From: Candidatus Saccharimonadales bacterium
Lineage (GTDB): Bacteria; Patescibacteriota; Saccharimonadia; Saccharimonadales; JACQNP01
Direction: 5' to 3'
DNA length: 61,400 bases
NCBI GenBank assembly: GCA_041742395.1
Contig: JBGSIS010000024.1
Location: 1 to 61,400, forward strand
Shown one piece after another: positions 20,170 to 28,995 of the stretch (within the stretch, counting starts at the first letter, position 1; each line of letters opens with the position of its first letter). A program made the translations under genes and the position numbers. Under the pieces are notes generated by a model, which was not told the origin of the DNA, did no database searches, and saw nothing but the letters and a program-made list of their open reading frames with translations.

Positions 20170-21903
20170 ATGAACGAAAACAGGGTACAAGTAATAGAAA
20201 GACTTAAGCAGGCCAATAATATATTGGTTACTGTTAACAACAATCCTACTATTGATCAGTTGTCTGCCTGTTTAGGGATTACTTTGCTGCTAAATAAGAT
20301 TGGAAAGCATGCAAGTGCTGTTTATAGCGGTAAAACTCCTTCAACCATCGAATTCTTAAAACCTGAAACTACATTCCAGAAAAATACCGACTCACTAAGA
20401 GACTTTATTATTGCTCTTGATAAATCTAAGGCCGACAAACTTCGCTACAAAGTTGAAGATACTATGGTGAAAATATTTATTACGCCCTACAGGACGTCAA
20501 TAAGTGATAAGGATCTTGAATTTAGTCAGGGTGACTTCAATGTTGATGTTGTTTTGGCGCTTGGTATCCATGACAGAAGTCAGGTAGACCAAGCTATTAT
20601 GGCTCATGGAAGGATACTTCACGATGCAATTGTTATTTGCATAGATAATACTCCAGGAGATAGCTTAGGAACAATTAATTGGGTTGAAGAGATGGCAAGT
20701 AGCTTGAGTGAGATGATTACTAGTATAGCTGATGAAATTCAGGCTAAAGTTCTTGACGAACAGATTTCAACAGCTCTTTTGACTGGAATTGTTTCTGAGA
20801 CCGAAAGATTTAGAAACGATAAAACAACCTCTATAACCATGAGTATGAGCTCAAAGCTAATGGCTACTGGAGCTAATCAGCAGCTTGTTGCAACCGAGTT
20901 AGATCCAGAGCCAGTAAATGAACCAGAAATTGCAGAAAACAGCGTTGATGCCAATCAAGAAAACAAAAGTGATACTGAAAGTGAAGACAAGAATAACGAT
21001 GGCCATCAAGAGCAGAATATTACTGATAATCAAGAGACAAGTGATGACTCTGGGTCTAATTCTGCTTCTGTTGCCGACGGAGAAATAAAGATTTCACACC
21101 TCGATGGACTCCAGGTAAAAGAAGAGGAACCGGAACTTCCAGAAGTTGACCCTAACGAGATACATATAAATGAGGAAGGTGAGTTAAAACGCTTAACTGA
21201 AGTTGAGGAAGAAAAATCTAGGCTAGAAAAAGAGGCCAAGGAAAAAGTCGCTCAGGAAGTCGAAGCCGAAGATAATACTAAGAAAGATTCCAGATTAGTG
21301 ATTCAGCCGCCAACTCTAGGGGGTACTTTAACCGCAAATAGTCGACCAGAAGATTTGGAGCCAACTACAGATCCTCTTAGTAAAGCCCAAGAAGACCAAC
21401 AGCCGATACTGGAAAGAAAGTCATTTATTGATGATCAGACTATAGATAAGATTGAAGAAGCAGTTCATCAAGACGAAAATAATCAAAACCAGGTTATAGA
21501 TAAGACTGAAGAACCGCAACAACCTTACCCATCGTCCTATTTTGATAATCAGCAAATTGTCTCTCAGCAGCAAAACAGTGCTAATCTTGATGCCGAGAAT
21601 GCTAGGAATGCAATTAATGATGCAATAAATCAAGCAGATGCCGCCGGGATATCTCAGCCAGAACCTCAAGTTTCTGTTGGTTCTACTCCAGTTGATTTAG
21701 ATCTAAATCACGATCAGGATACCACCAGTCAGCAGCCACCTCAGCAAAATTTATCAACACCTCCAACTAACTTTCCGCCAAATTTAGTACCACCTAATGC
21801 TCCTTTACCTTTAGAAAATACGGCTACAGATGTAGTTAACCCTCAGTCACCGCCTCCAGTACCTCCACCAATGATGCCACCAACTGGACCTTTCAGCAGC
21901 TAA
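20170..21903 (+). CDS. degenerate DHH-like domain protein with long acidic/Pro-rich disordered tail
   Basis: The N-terminal ~230 aa follow the NrnA/DHH layout, but catalytic motifs are substituted: ILVTVNNNPTIDQLSA replaces ...H..PDGDA.GS, and ICIDNTP replaces IDHH. The C-terminal ~340 aa are E/D/Q/P-rich. Confidence 0.45.
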   Translation: MNENRVQVIERLKQANNILVTVNNNPTIDQLSACLGITLLLNKIGKHASAVYSGKTPSTIEFLKPETTFQKNTDSLRDFIIALDKSKADKLRYKVEDTMVKIFITPYRTSISDKDLEFSQGDFNVDVVLALGIHDRSQVDQAIMAHGRILHDAIVICIDNTPGDSLGTINWVEEMASSLSEMITSIADEIQAKVLDEQISTALLTGIVSETERFRNDKTTSITMSMSSKLMATGANQQLVATELDPEPVNEPEIAENSVDANQENKSDTESEDKNNDGHQEQNITDNQETSDDSGSNSASVADGEIKISHLDGLQVKEEEPELPEVDPNEIHINEEGELKRLTEVEEEKSRLEKEAKEKVAQEVEAEDNTKKDSRLVIQPPTLGGTLTANSRPEDLEPTTDPLSKAQEDQQPILERKSFIDDQTIDKIEEAVHQDENNQNQVIDKTEEPQQPYPSSYFDNQQIVSQQQNSANLDAENARNAINDAINQADAAGISQPEPQVSVGSTPVDLDLNHDQDTTSQQPPQQNLSTPPTNFPPNLVPPNAPLPLENTATDVVNPQSPPPVPPPMMPPTGPFSS

Positions 21904-22044
21904 CTCAAAATTATAAGAGTTTTACTCTGTTCTAATATAGTTATTTTTAATGATTTAAAGTATTAGGCAGAGAAATATAGACAAACTACAAAACTCATCT
22001 TTTTAAGAATAATACCAGTAGATTTGTAGTAGAATTTAAAATAC

Positions 22045-22743
22045 ATGAATGGATATTTATTGATTGATAAACCCAAGGGTTGGACAAGCTTTGATGTAGT
22101 TAATAAAGTAAGGGGTTTAATACAAAACTCAGAGTATAACCATACTAATAAAAAAAGATTTCCAGTTGGCCATACTGGTACACTCGATCCTTTAGCGACG
22201 GGATTAATGGTTATACTTATTGGAAACTACACAAAAAAATCGGATAGTTTAATGAAGTTCGACAAGACATACGTGACTACTATTAAAATGGGCCAAGAAA
22301 GTTTAACGGGAGACGAAGAGGGTCAGAAAACTTATATATCAAACATTGAGCCTACAGTTGATGATATAAATAAAACTGTAAAAAGTTTTATCGGTGATAT
22401 TAAGCAAGTTCCCCCGGCATTCTCTGCAATTAAGATCAATGGCAAAAAGGCTTATGAACTTGCCAGGCAAGGCAAAAAAGTCGTAATTAAACCCAGAGAA
22501 GTTCATATTTATGATATTAAAATTTTGGATTACAATTATCCAGAATTAGAAATAAAAACTATGGTTTCAAGTGGAACATACATCAGGACTTTAGCTGAAG
22601 ACATAGGCAGAGAACTTGGAACCGGTGCTTATATGAGCGATCTGAGAAGAATGCAAATTGGTAATTTTAAGCTGGAACAATCAATCACTTTAGAAGGTAT
22701 AGATATACAAAAAATAAAAAATAATTTACAAACACTTGATTAA
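22045..22743 (+). CDS. truB: tRNA pseudouridine-55 synthase
   Basis: GYLLIDKPKGWTSFDVV and catalytic GHTGTLDPLATGLMVILIG. Confidence 0.9.
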   Translation: MNGYLLIDKPKGWTSFDVVNKVRGLIQNSEYNHTNKKRFPVGHTGTLDPLATGLMVILIGNYTKKSDSLMKFDKTYVTTIKMGQESLTGDEEGQKTYISNIEPTVDDINKTVKSFIGDIKQVPPAFSAIKINGKKAYELARQGKKVVIKPREVHIYDIKILDYNYPELEIKTMVSSGTYIRTLAEDIGRELGTGAYMSDLRRMQIGNFKLEQSITLEGIDIQKIKNNLQTLD

Positions 22744-22773
22744 CAGATTAAGATTTGATAGAATAACACCTAC

Positions 22774-23040
22774 ATGATTACAAACGAGAAGAAAAAAGCA
22801 GTTATTTCTGATCTAGCAAAGAGCAAGAATGACACTGGAAGCAGTGCTGTTCAGGTTGGTATTTTGACTAAAAGAATTGAAGAGATTACCGATCATCTTA
22901 AAGGAAACAAGCATGATCACATGGCCCGAAGGGGTTTATTGCAGCTTGTTGGCCAAAGAAAGCGACATCTTAAATTTATTGCTGAAAAAGACAGTCAAGA
23001 ATACTTAGATTTAATCAAGAAACTTGGTTTAAGAAGGTAA
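22774..23040 (+). CDS. rpsO: 30S ribosomal protein S15
   Basis: GSSAVQVGILTKRIEEITDHLK.NKHDH..RRGLL.LVGQRKR.L. Confidence 0.92.
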   Translation: MITNEKKKAVISDLAKSKNDTGSSAVQVGILTKRIEEITDHLKGNKHDHMARRGLLQLVGQRKRHLKFIAEKDSQEYLDLIKKLGLRR

Positions 23041-23062
23041 GTTTACTAATTCGTTAGTAAAC
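23041..23062 (+). terminator. perfect 9-bp hairpin immediately after the rpsO stop (attenuator/processing site in the rpsO-pnp spacer)
   Basis: GTTTACTAA-TTCG-TTAGTAAAC. No clean T-tract follows, so this is more likely a partial terminator or RNase target than a strong terminator. Confidence 0.45.
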
Positions 23063-23229
23063 TAGTGTGTTTGCAAAATCGAACATCCTAGCCCACTAAC
23101 GAAAAACCCTAAAAAGTGCTGCAGTTGGTGGCGCAACTTAAATTATTGTTCGTTGTAGGACACAGGTATCCTTGCTTTTCACTATAGCTAAGGAAACTTG
23201 AATCTTGCAGACGAACAGAAAGGAATGGA

Positions 23230-25377
23230 ATGTCAGGAATAGTTAACCCTTATGGAAAAAAAATAACAATAGTAAAAACAGAGTTTTGCGGAAAAGAGCT
23301 GAGTTTAGAAATTAATAGAGTTGGCTTTAGAGCATCAGCATCAGTGTTAGTAAAATATGGAGACACAGTTGTACTTGGTACGGCTATGGTTGGAAAAAAG
23401 CCAATAAGTGGTATGGACTATTTTCCGTTGTCTATTGATTACGAAGAAAAAATGTATGCAGCAGGCAAAATAAGCGGATCTAGATTTATAAAGAGAGAAG
23501 GACGACCTAGTGATGACGCAATTCTAATAGGTAGACTTATAGATAGACCAATTAGACCTTTATGGCCTAAAGGATATCGGCATGAAGTACAAGGAATCGC
23601 GACTGTTTTAAGTTTAGACCCTGACTTTAGGCCTGATATGGTTGCCATGATTGCTGTAAGTGCGGCTCTTATGCTAACGGGCGCACCTTTTGATGGTCCA
23701 GTAGCAGGACTTAGGATCGGTTTAATTGATGGCGAATATGTACCTTTTGCAAGTTCAGAACAACTAGACAATGGTAAATTAGACATTGTAGTTGCTGGAA
23801 AAGAAGGCGCGATTATGATGGTTGAAGCTGGTGCTAATGAGGCTACCGAAGAAGAGGTAGCTGGAGCAATTGAGTTTGCTCAAGAAGCACTATTGCCTGC
23901 AATAAAGGCTCAAAAAGAATTAGTTGAAAAGGTCGGCGTTATACAGCAAGAGTTTCAACTTACGCTACCTGACGAAGCTGTTCAAGAAAAGGTTGATAAG
24001 TGGGTTCATGGAAAATTGGGTGAACCACTAAGAGTACCTTATCCAGAAAGAAATGAAATGATTCAGGAACTTCGCGATACTATGCACGAAGAGTTTGAGC
24101 AAGAAATCGGAGAAGAAGAGTTTTCGACAGTCCGAAAAGAATATGATGAAGCATTTACTCTTGCCGTGCATAAAGATGTCAGGAGAGGAATATTAGAAGA
24201 TAATATTCGTCCTGACGGTAGAAAGTTCGATGAGATTAGGTCTCTTTCAAGTGAAATCGGATTCTTACCTAGAGCACATGGATCTAGTATATTTACTAGG
24301 GGTGTAACTCAAGCGATGAACATCGTCACTTTAGCACCTCTAAGTTATGCTCAGATAGTCGACACAATGGAAAGGGATAGCGAAAGACGCTACTTGCATC
24401 ACTACAATGCACCATCTTGGACTGTTGGAGAAGTAGGTCGTCTTGGAAGTCCAGGTAGAAGAGAAATTGGCCATGGCTATTTGGCTGAGAGGGCACTTTC
24501 GCCAGTTCTACCTGACGAGTCGGATTTTCCGTACACTATTCGATCAGTAACCGAAATTATGAGCCAAAACGGAAGTACTAGCATGGCAGCAACATGTTCA
24601 AGTTGTTTGGCGTTAATGGATGCTGGAGTGCCACTCATTAGACCTGTAAGCGGAATTGCTATGGGCTTAATGAAGGACGGCGATAAAACATTTATTATTA
24701 GCGACATAGCAGATGCAGAAGATTTTGCTGGTGACATGGACTTTAAGGTTGCCGGAACTGAAAAGGGAATCACAGCTCTTCAGATGGATATGAAAGTTCA
24801 TGGTTTGCCAGTCTCTGTATTACGAGAAGCTCTAGATAAAGCAAAAACTGGTCGCTCACAAATCTTAGACCATATGATTAGTGTTATAGGTAAGCCAAGA
24901 ACTGAGATGAGCGCCTATGCTCCAAGAGTTGAATCTATAAGTGTAAAACCAGAAAAAATTAGAGAGATTATCGGTAAAGGTGGTGAGACTATCAACAAGA
25001 TTATTGCTGAAACAGGCGCTGAAATTGACATTAAAGACGATGGAAGTGTATTCATCTCTAGCCCAGATAAAAGTTCAATTGATGCTGCTATTACTATGAT
25101 AAATAACATTGTTGCTGAGCCAGAAGTTGGCAAAATTTATGAAAACTGCAAGGTAGTGAGCGTATTGGATTTTGGAGCATTTGTGGAAATATTACCTGGT
25201 AAGGACGGCTTAGTTCATGTATCTGAAATGAGTGATGAAAGAGTCAATAAACCAAGTGATGTTGTTAGTGAAGGTGACCTTGTAGATGTAAAACTAGTTG
25301 CAATAGATGATAAAGGAAGATTAAACTTAAGTATGAAAGCAGCAAAACACGAGCAAGGAAATGCCGACAAAAAATAA
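23230..25377 (+). CDS. pnp: polyribonucleotide nucleotidyltransferase (PNPase)
   Basis: Two RNase PH-like domains, KH (IREIIGKGGETINKI) and S1 (GKIYENCKVVSVLDFGAFVEILPGKDGLVHVSE). 715 aa. Confidence 0.95.
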   Translation: MSGIVNPYGKKITIVKTEFCGKELSLEINRVGFRASASVLVKYGDTVVLGTAMVGKKPISGMDYFPLSIDYEEKMYAAGKISGSRFIKREGRPSDDAILIGRLIDRPIRPLWPKGYRHEVQGIATVLSLDPDFRPDMVAMIAVSAALMLTGAPFDGPVAGLRIGLIDGEYVPFASSEQLDNGKLDIVVAGKEGAIMMVEAGANEATEEEVAGAIEFAQEALLPAIKAQKELVEKVGVIQQEFQLTLPDEAVQEKVDKWVHGKLGEPLRVPYPERNEMIQELRDTMHEEFEQEIGEEEFSTVRKEYDEAFTLAVHKDVRRGILEDNIRPDGRKFDEIRSLSSEIGFLPRAHGSSIFTRGVTQAMNIVTLAPLSYAQIVDTMERDSERRYLHHYNAPSWTVGEVGRLGSPGRREIGHGYLAERALSPVLPDESDFPYTIRSVTEIMSQNGSTSMAATCSSCLALMDAGVPLIRPVSGIAMGLMKDGDKTFIISDIADAEDFAGDMDFKVAGTEKGITALQMDMKVHGLPVSVLREALDKAKTGRSQILDHMISVIGKPRTEMSAYAPRVESISVKPEKIREIIGKGGETINKIIAETGAEIDIKDDGSVFISSPDKSSIDAAITMINNIVAEPEVGKIYENCKVVSVLDFGAFVEILPGKDGLVHVSEMSDERVNKPSDVVSEGDLVDVKLVAIDDKGRLNLSMKAAKHEQGNADKK

Positions 25378-25621
25378 TCAAACAATTTCTAATTCTCAAT
25401 CTGGATTAGTCTACAAGCTGATGCACGCTAAACAAGGACTGGTGTTTAGGGGAGTTTTGGGAATTGTAATTGGATATGCATTTCTTTCTAGAGCTTTCGA
25501 TACAGGTAGTTGGATTCAGTACTTTTGCTCTGTAGTCTTTGCAGTTTTAGGGATTAGGTTAATTAAGCGTTCTTTTACAGTAGAATATAATGGCAAAAGC
25601 AAAACAAGAAAATCTAGATAA
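25361..25621 (+). CDS. small two-TM membrane protein
   Basis: 86 aa with GVLGIVIGYAFL and YFCSVVFAVLGI hydrophobic segments. Overlaps the pnp end and the udg start. Confidence 0.4.
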   Translation: MPTKNNQTISNSQSGLVYKLMHAKQGLVFRGVLGIVIGYAFLSRAFDTGSWIQYFCSVVFAVLGIRLIKRSFTVEYNGKSKTRKSR

Positions 25622-26210
25622 GATTAAGCAGCTTATAATCGATAATAAAGTTTGTAATGAACTTTCAGAGCAGGCTACTAATTTGGTTTTTGGTAAAGGT
25701 AATCCTGACGCAGAAATATTTATAATTGGTGAAGCTCCCGGTAAGAATGAAGACTTGACCGGAGAACCTTTCGTTGGTGCAGCTGGTAAATTTCTTAATG
25801 AAATGCTAGATGGAATTGGGTTCAATAGGGATGATGTCTACATAACTAACATAGTTAAATATAGACCTCCAGAAAATCGTGATCCTCTACCAGAAGAAAA
25901 AAAAGAGTTTTTGCCATACTTACATGCCCAGCTAGAAGTTATTCAACCAAAAGTAATAGTTACTTTAGGTAGACATAGCATGAATTGCTTCTTGCCGGGT
26001 ATGCAAATCAGTAAGATTCATGGTCAAACCCAGATAATTAACGCAGTTAAATCACCTAGGTTGATAGAAATTACTGGCCATAAACCGGATCAAGTAGAAA
26101 ATAAGTGGGTAATAATGCCCCTCTATCATCCAGCGGCAGCATTATATAACGGCGGAATGAGACAGACGTTAATTGAAGACTTTACTAAGTTAACCCAAAT
26201 AGTAAATTAA
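25590..26210 (+). CDS. uracil-DNA glycosylase, family 4
   Basis: GEAPGKNEDLTGEPFVGAAGKFL motif; HPAA near the C-terminus. Confidence 0.85.
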   Translation: MAKAKQENLDKIKQLIIDNKVCNELSEQATNLVFGKGNPDAEIFIIGEAPGKNEDLTGEPFVGAAGKFLNEMLDGIGFNRDDVYITNIVKYRPPENRDPLPEEKKEFLPYLHAQLEVIQPKVIVTLGRHSMNCFLPGMQISKIHGQTQIINAVKSPRLIEITGHKPDQVENKWVIMPLYHPAAALYNGGMRQTLIEDFTKLTQIVN

Positions 26211-26250
26211 ATTGAAATTAAATAATAAATCCTTAAAAGAAGGGAAAGAA

Positions 26251-28299
26251 ATGAATAAACCTAATAATAAACCAAAGAGAGATAACTCAAAAGCTAGTCC
26301 TTCTAGAACTGTTTCTAGAGGAGCTGCCATTAGAGCTCAAAGAAGAAACCACGAAGACGCACATAAAATAGTAAGTCAGTATTCAGATGCGTCTGATTTT
26401 AAATATGATGAACAATCTAAAAGAAGAGCTAACTCTATCGACAACAACCCCAGATTAAAAATAATTGGTCTGGGAGGCATGGACGGTGGTGGTTCAAAAA
26501 ACACCATGCTTGTTGAATACATGAATGACGCTGTAATTATCGATTGTGGAAACGAACTTGGCGTTGACTTGCCAGGAATAAATTATGGAATTGCCGATAT
26601 GACTTACCTGGAGAAAATTAAACACAAGCTCCGGGCTTATATTATTACTCATGGTCATTTAGACCATATTGGGGCATTACCTCACATTGTACCTAAGTTT
26701 CCTGCGCCAATTTATGGATCCAAATTTACTATTGGAAGAGTAGAGGAGATTTTTGGAAATTTTGGTTTACCAATGCCAGATGGTTTTGAGCTTCATACCA
26801 TAATGATGAATGAAAATACTCACGAAAGATTGAAGATTGGGCAATTTTTTGTCGAATTAGTTAGAGTAACCCATTCAATTCCAGGAAGTACCGTTGTGGT
26901 ACTAGATACTCCGGTGGGTAGAATTATTAACACTGGTGACTTTAAATTGGATCCAAACCCACTAGATCATGAAAGAACCGATATCGAACGTCTTAAAGAA
27001 CTTGGCAATGAGGGAGTGTTGGCATTGATGAGTGAGAGTACTACTGCCGATCGTCTTGGACGAACACCGAGCGAAAGTAGTATAGAACCTACATTTGTGG
27101 AGGTTTTGGACAGAGCCCCAGGAAGAATTTTTATGGCGATGTTTTCTACTAACATCAACAGAGTTCAGTCTATAATTAACGCTGCAGTTCATCACAATAA
27201 AAAGATCGCTTTAGACGGAAGAAGCCTAGTGAGTACTCTAGAAATGGCAATTCGTCATGGATTTGTTAAGATCCCTAAAGGTACAATTGTTCCAATTGCT
27301 AGCGTGCCTAACATGAAAGACCATGATGTAGTTGTTGTATGTACGGGTAGTCAGGGCGAACCAAATTCAGCATTGCAGAGAATGGCTGCAGGTGAACATA
27401 AACATATAAAACTTAAAGAACAAGATACAGTCGTATTATGTTCAAGCCCTATTCCGGAAAGTGGCAACGATGCACTAGTTGGTAGAATGGTTGACGACAT
27501 GGTTCGTAAAGATGTTCATGTTTTTGAGCACCGTACTCATGATCTTGATGGTTTAGGACCACTTCATACGTCTGGACATGCATCGCAGGATGAATATGCT
27601 GAAATGATTAATATGACAAAACCAAAGTTTTTCATTCCAATATATGGTGCTCATAGAGTAAAGCAACGACACATTGAGTTAGCAATAGAGCAGGGCATAC
27701 CTAGAAAAAATTGTGTGAACGCTGAAAACGGTGACGTAATTGAGCTAAGTCCTGAGACAATGGAAGTCACCAATAAAGTTCCATGTGGAACTGTGCTAGT
27801 TGATCAAACCGGTGCAATTGTAAGTAATGTTGTAATCAAAGATAGATTAATGCTTTCTGAAGAAGGACTAGTTGTAATAATTCTGACCCTAGATAAGAAA
27901 ACCGGCAATCTATTAACCAGTCCTGACATTATTAGTCGTGGATTCATCTATATGAGGGATAGTGAAGAGCTAATGAATACTTTCAGAACAGAACTAAGAC
28001 GAGCCGTTGGGCAGAGATTTAAGCGAGTTGAGCTTGATAGATTCAAGCAAGAAATTAAAGAACATGCAACACACTTTCTGTATGAATATACTCAGAGAAG
28101 CCCGATTGTAATACCGGTGGTTAATGTAGTTGGCGGTGGAAAGCCTCAAAACCAAGAGAATAACAACAATAAAGGTAATAAACCAAATAACAAAAAGCCA
28201 GAAATTGATAAGTCTCCAGATCAAGTAGTCGCAGATCAACAAAAACGATTTGAAGAAATGAGAGCTAGGCTTTTAGGTCAAGACCCCAGAACAGACTAG
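26251..28299 (+). CDS. rnj: ribonuclease J
   Basis: Metallo-beta-lactamase HGHLDHIGALP, beta-CASP layout, HTSGHASQDE. The ORF opens at 26212 (TTG), but the ATG at 26251 follows a purine-rich GAAGGGAAAG. Basic low-complexity N- and C-termini. Confidence 0.9.
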   Translation: MNKPNNKPKRDNSKASPSRTVSRGAAIRAQRRNHEDAHKIVSQYSDASDFKYDEQSKRRANSIDNNPRLKIIGLGGMDGGGSKNTMLVEYMNDAVIIDCGNELGVDLPGINYGIADMTYLEKIKHKLRAYIITHGHLDHIGALPHIVPKFPAPIYGSKFTIGRVEEIFGNFGLPMPDGFELHTIMMNENTHERLKIGQFFVELVRVTHSIPGSTVVVLDTPVGRIINTGDFKLDPNPLDHERTDIERLKELGNEGVLALMSESTTADRLGRTPSESSIEPTFVEVLDRAPGRIFMAMFSTNINRVQSIINAAVHHNKKIALDGRSLVSTLEMAIRHGFVKIPKGTIVPIASVPNMKDHDVVVVCTGSQGEPNSALQRMAAGEHKHIKLKEQDTVVLCSSPIPESGNDALVGRMVDDMVRKDVHVFEHRTHDLDGLGPLHTSGHASQDEYAEMINMTKPKFFIPIYGAHRVKQRHIELAIEQGIPRKNCVNAENGDVIELSPETMEVTNKVPCGTVLVDQTGAIVSNVVIKDRLMLSEEGLVVIILTLDKKTGNLLTSPDIISRGFIYMRDSEELMNTFRTELRRAVGQRFKRVELDRFKQEIKEHATHFLYEYTQRSPIVIPVVNVVGGGKPQNQENNNNKGNKPNNKKPEIDKSPDQVVADQQKRFEEMRARLLGQDPRTD

Positions 28300-28336
28300 T
28301 TGACAGAAACAGTCAAAGTTTAATAGTATTATCTTT

Positions 28337-28738
28337 ATGGAAGAGGACACTCTTTGCAGAAGTTGTACGGCTGCTTGTTGTCGGTCTGGTGTTACTATGG
28401 AACTTAACGATACTGAAGTTAAATTTTTAACAGATGCTGGCGCAAATTTGGAAATGATAAATCAGGGATCAAAACGAGGCTTACTCGCTAACATCAGTAA
28501 AAGGATTCTTAGCCAGGACGTAGTTAAGGATTATGTAATGATTGAAGATTGCGTATTTTTAAAAGAAAACGAAGAAACTGGTGTTAATGAGTGTTCTATA
28601 TATTCTGAATCTAGTAGACCTGCAATTTGTTCAAGATTTAAAGCAGGAGAATACGGTTGTATGTTAATCAGAGCAATTAACGGGATAGATCCACCAGAAG
28701 TTTTTGTGGAGTGGAAACTAAGAACACAGAGATACTAG
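28337..28738 (+). CDS. YkgJ-family (UPF0153) Cys-cluster zinc/iron-binding protein
   Basis: CRSCTAACC N-terminal cluster plus C-terminal Cys residues (C..Y....RP..C..F), as in the YkgJ family. Confidence 0.6.
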   Translation: MEEDTLCRSCTAACCRSGVTMELNDTEVKFLTDAGANLEMINQGSKRGLLANISKRILSQDVVKDYVMIEDCVFLKENEETGVNECSIYSESSRPAICSRFKAGEYGCMLIRAINGIDPPEVFVEWKLRTQRY

Positions 28739-28759
28739 ATTTAAAGCTATATAAACATA

Positions 28760-28788
28760 TTGACAAAAAAGATAATGTGTAGTAATAT
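28760..28788 (+). promoter_or_regulatory. near-consensus sigma-70 promoter (TTGACA-17-TAATAT)
   Basis: TTGACA 28760-28765, 17-nt spacer, TAATAT 28783-28788. ATG at 28799. Confidence 0.55.
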
Positions 28789-28798
28789 ATAAAGTACT

Positions 28799-28891
28799 AT
28801 GAAACCAAAAAATTACTCAAACCCAATAAAAAGTAAAACAAAAGAACTTGGTGAACAATTTATTTTGGATATACCATACGATCAAATCTAG
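28799..28891 (+). CDS. 30-aa Lys-rich micro-ORF (or small RNA) between a consensus promoter and a perfect terminator
   Basis: Hand-translated: MKPKNYSNPIKSKTKELGEQFILDIPYDQI. Its stop codon lies inside the terminator stem. Confidence 0.35.
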   Translation: MKPKNYSNPIKSKTKELGEQFILDIPYDQI

Positions 28892-28915
28892 TCTTTTTAA
28901 AAAGACTAGATTTTT
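28886..28915 (+). terminator. intrinsic terminator (perfect 13-bp palindrome + T4)
   Basis: ATCTAGTCTTTTT/AAAAAGACTAGAT followed by TTTT. Confidence 0.75.
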
Positions 28916-28995
28916 GTTTGAGTATACGCAATCTGTAGTAATTTAGGCATAACAAGGGTGACAACCCGTAAACAATGGTATAATATGTAACGGTT

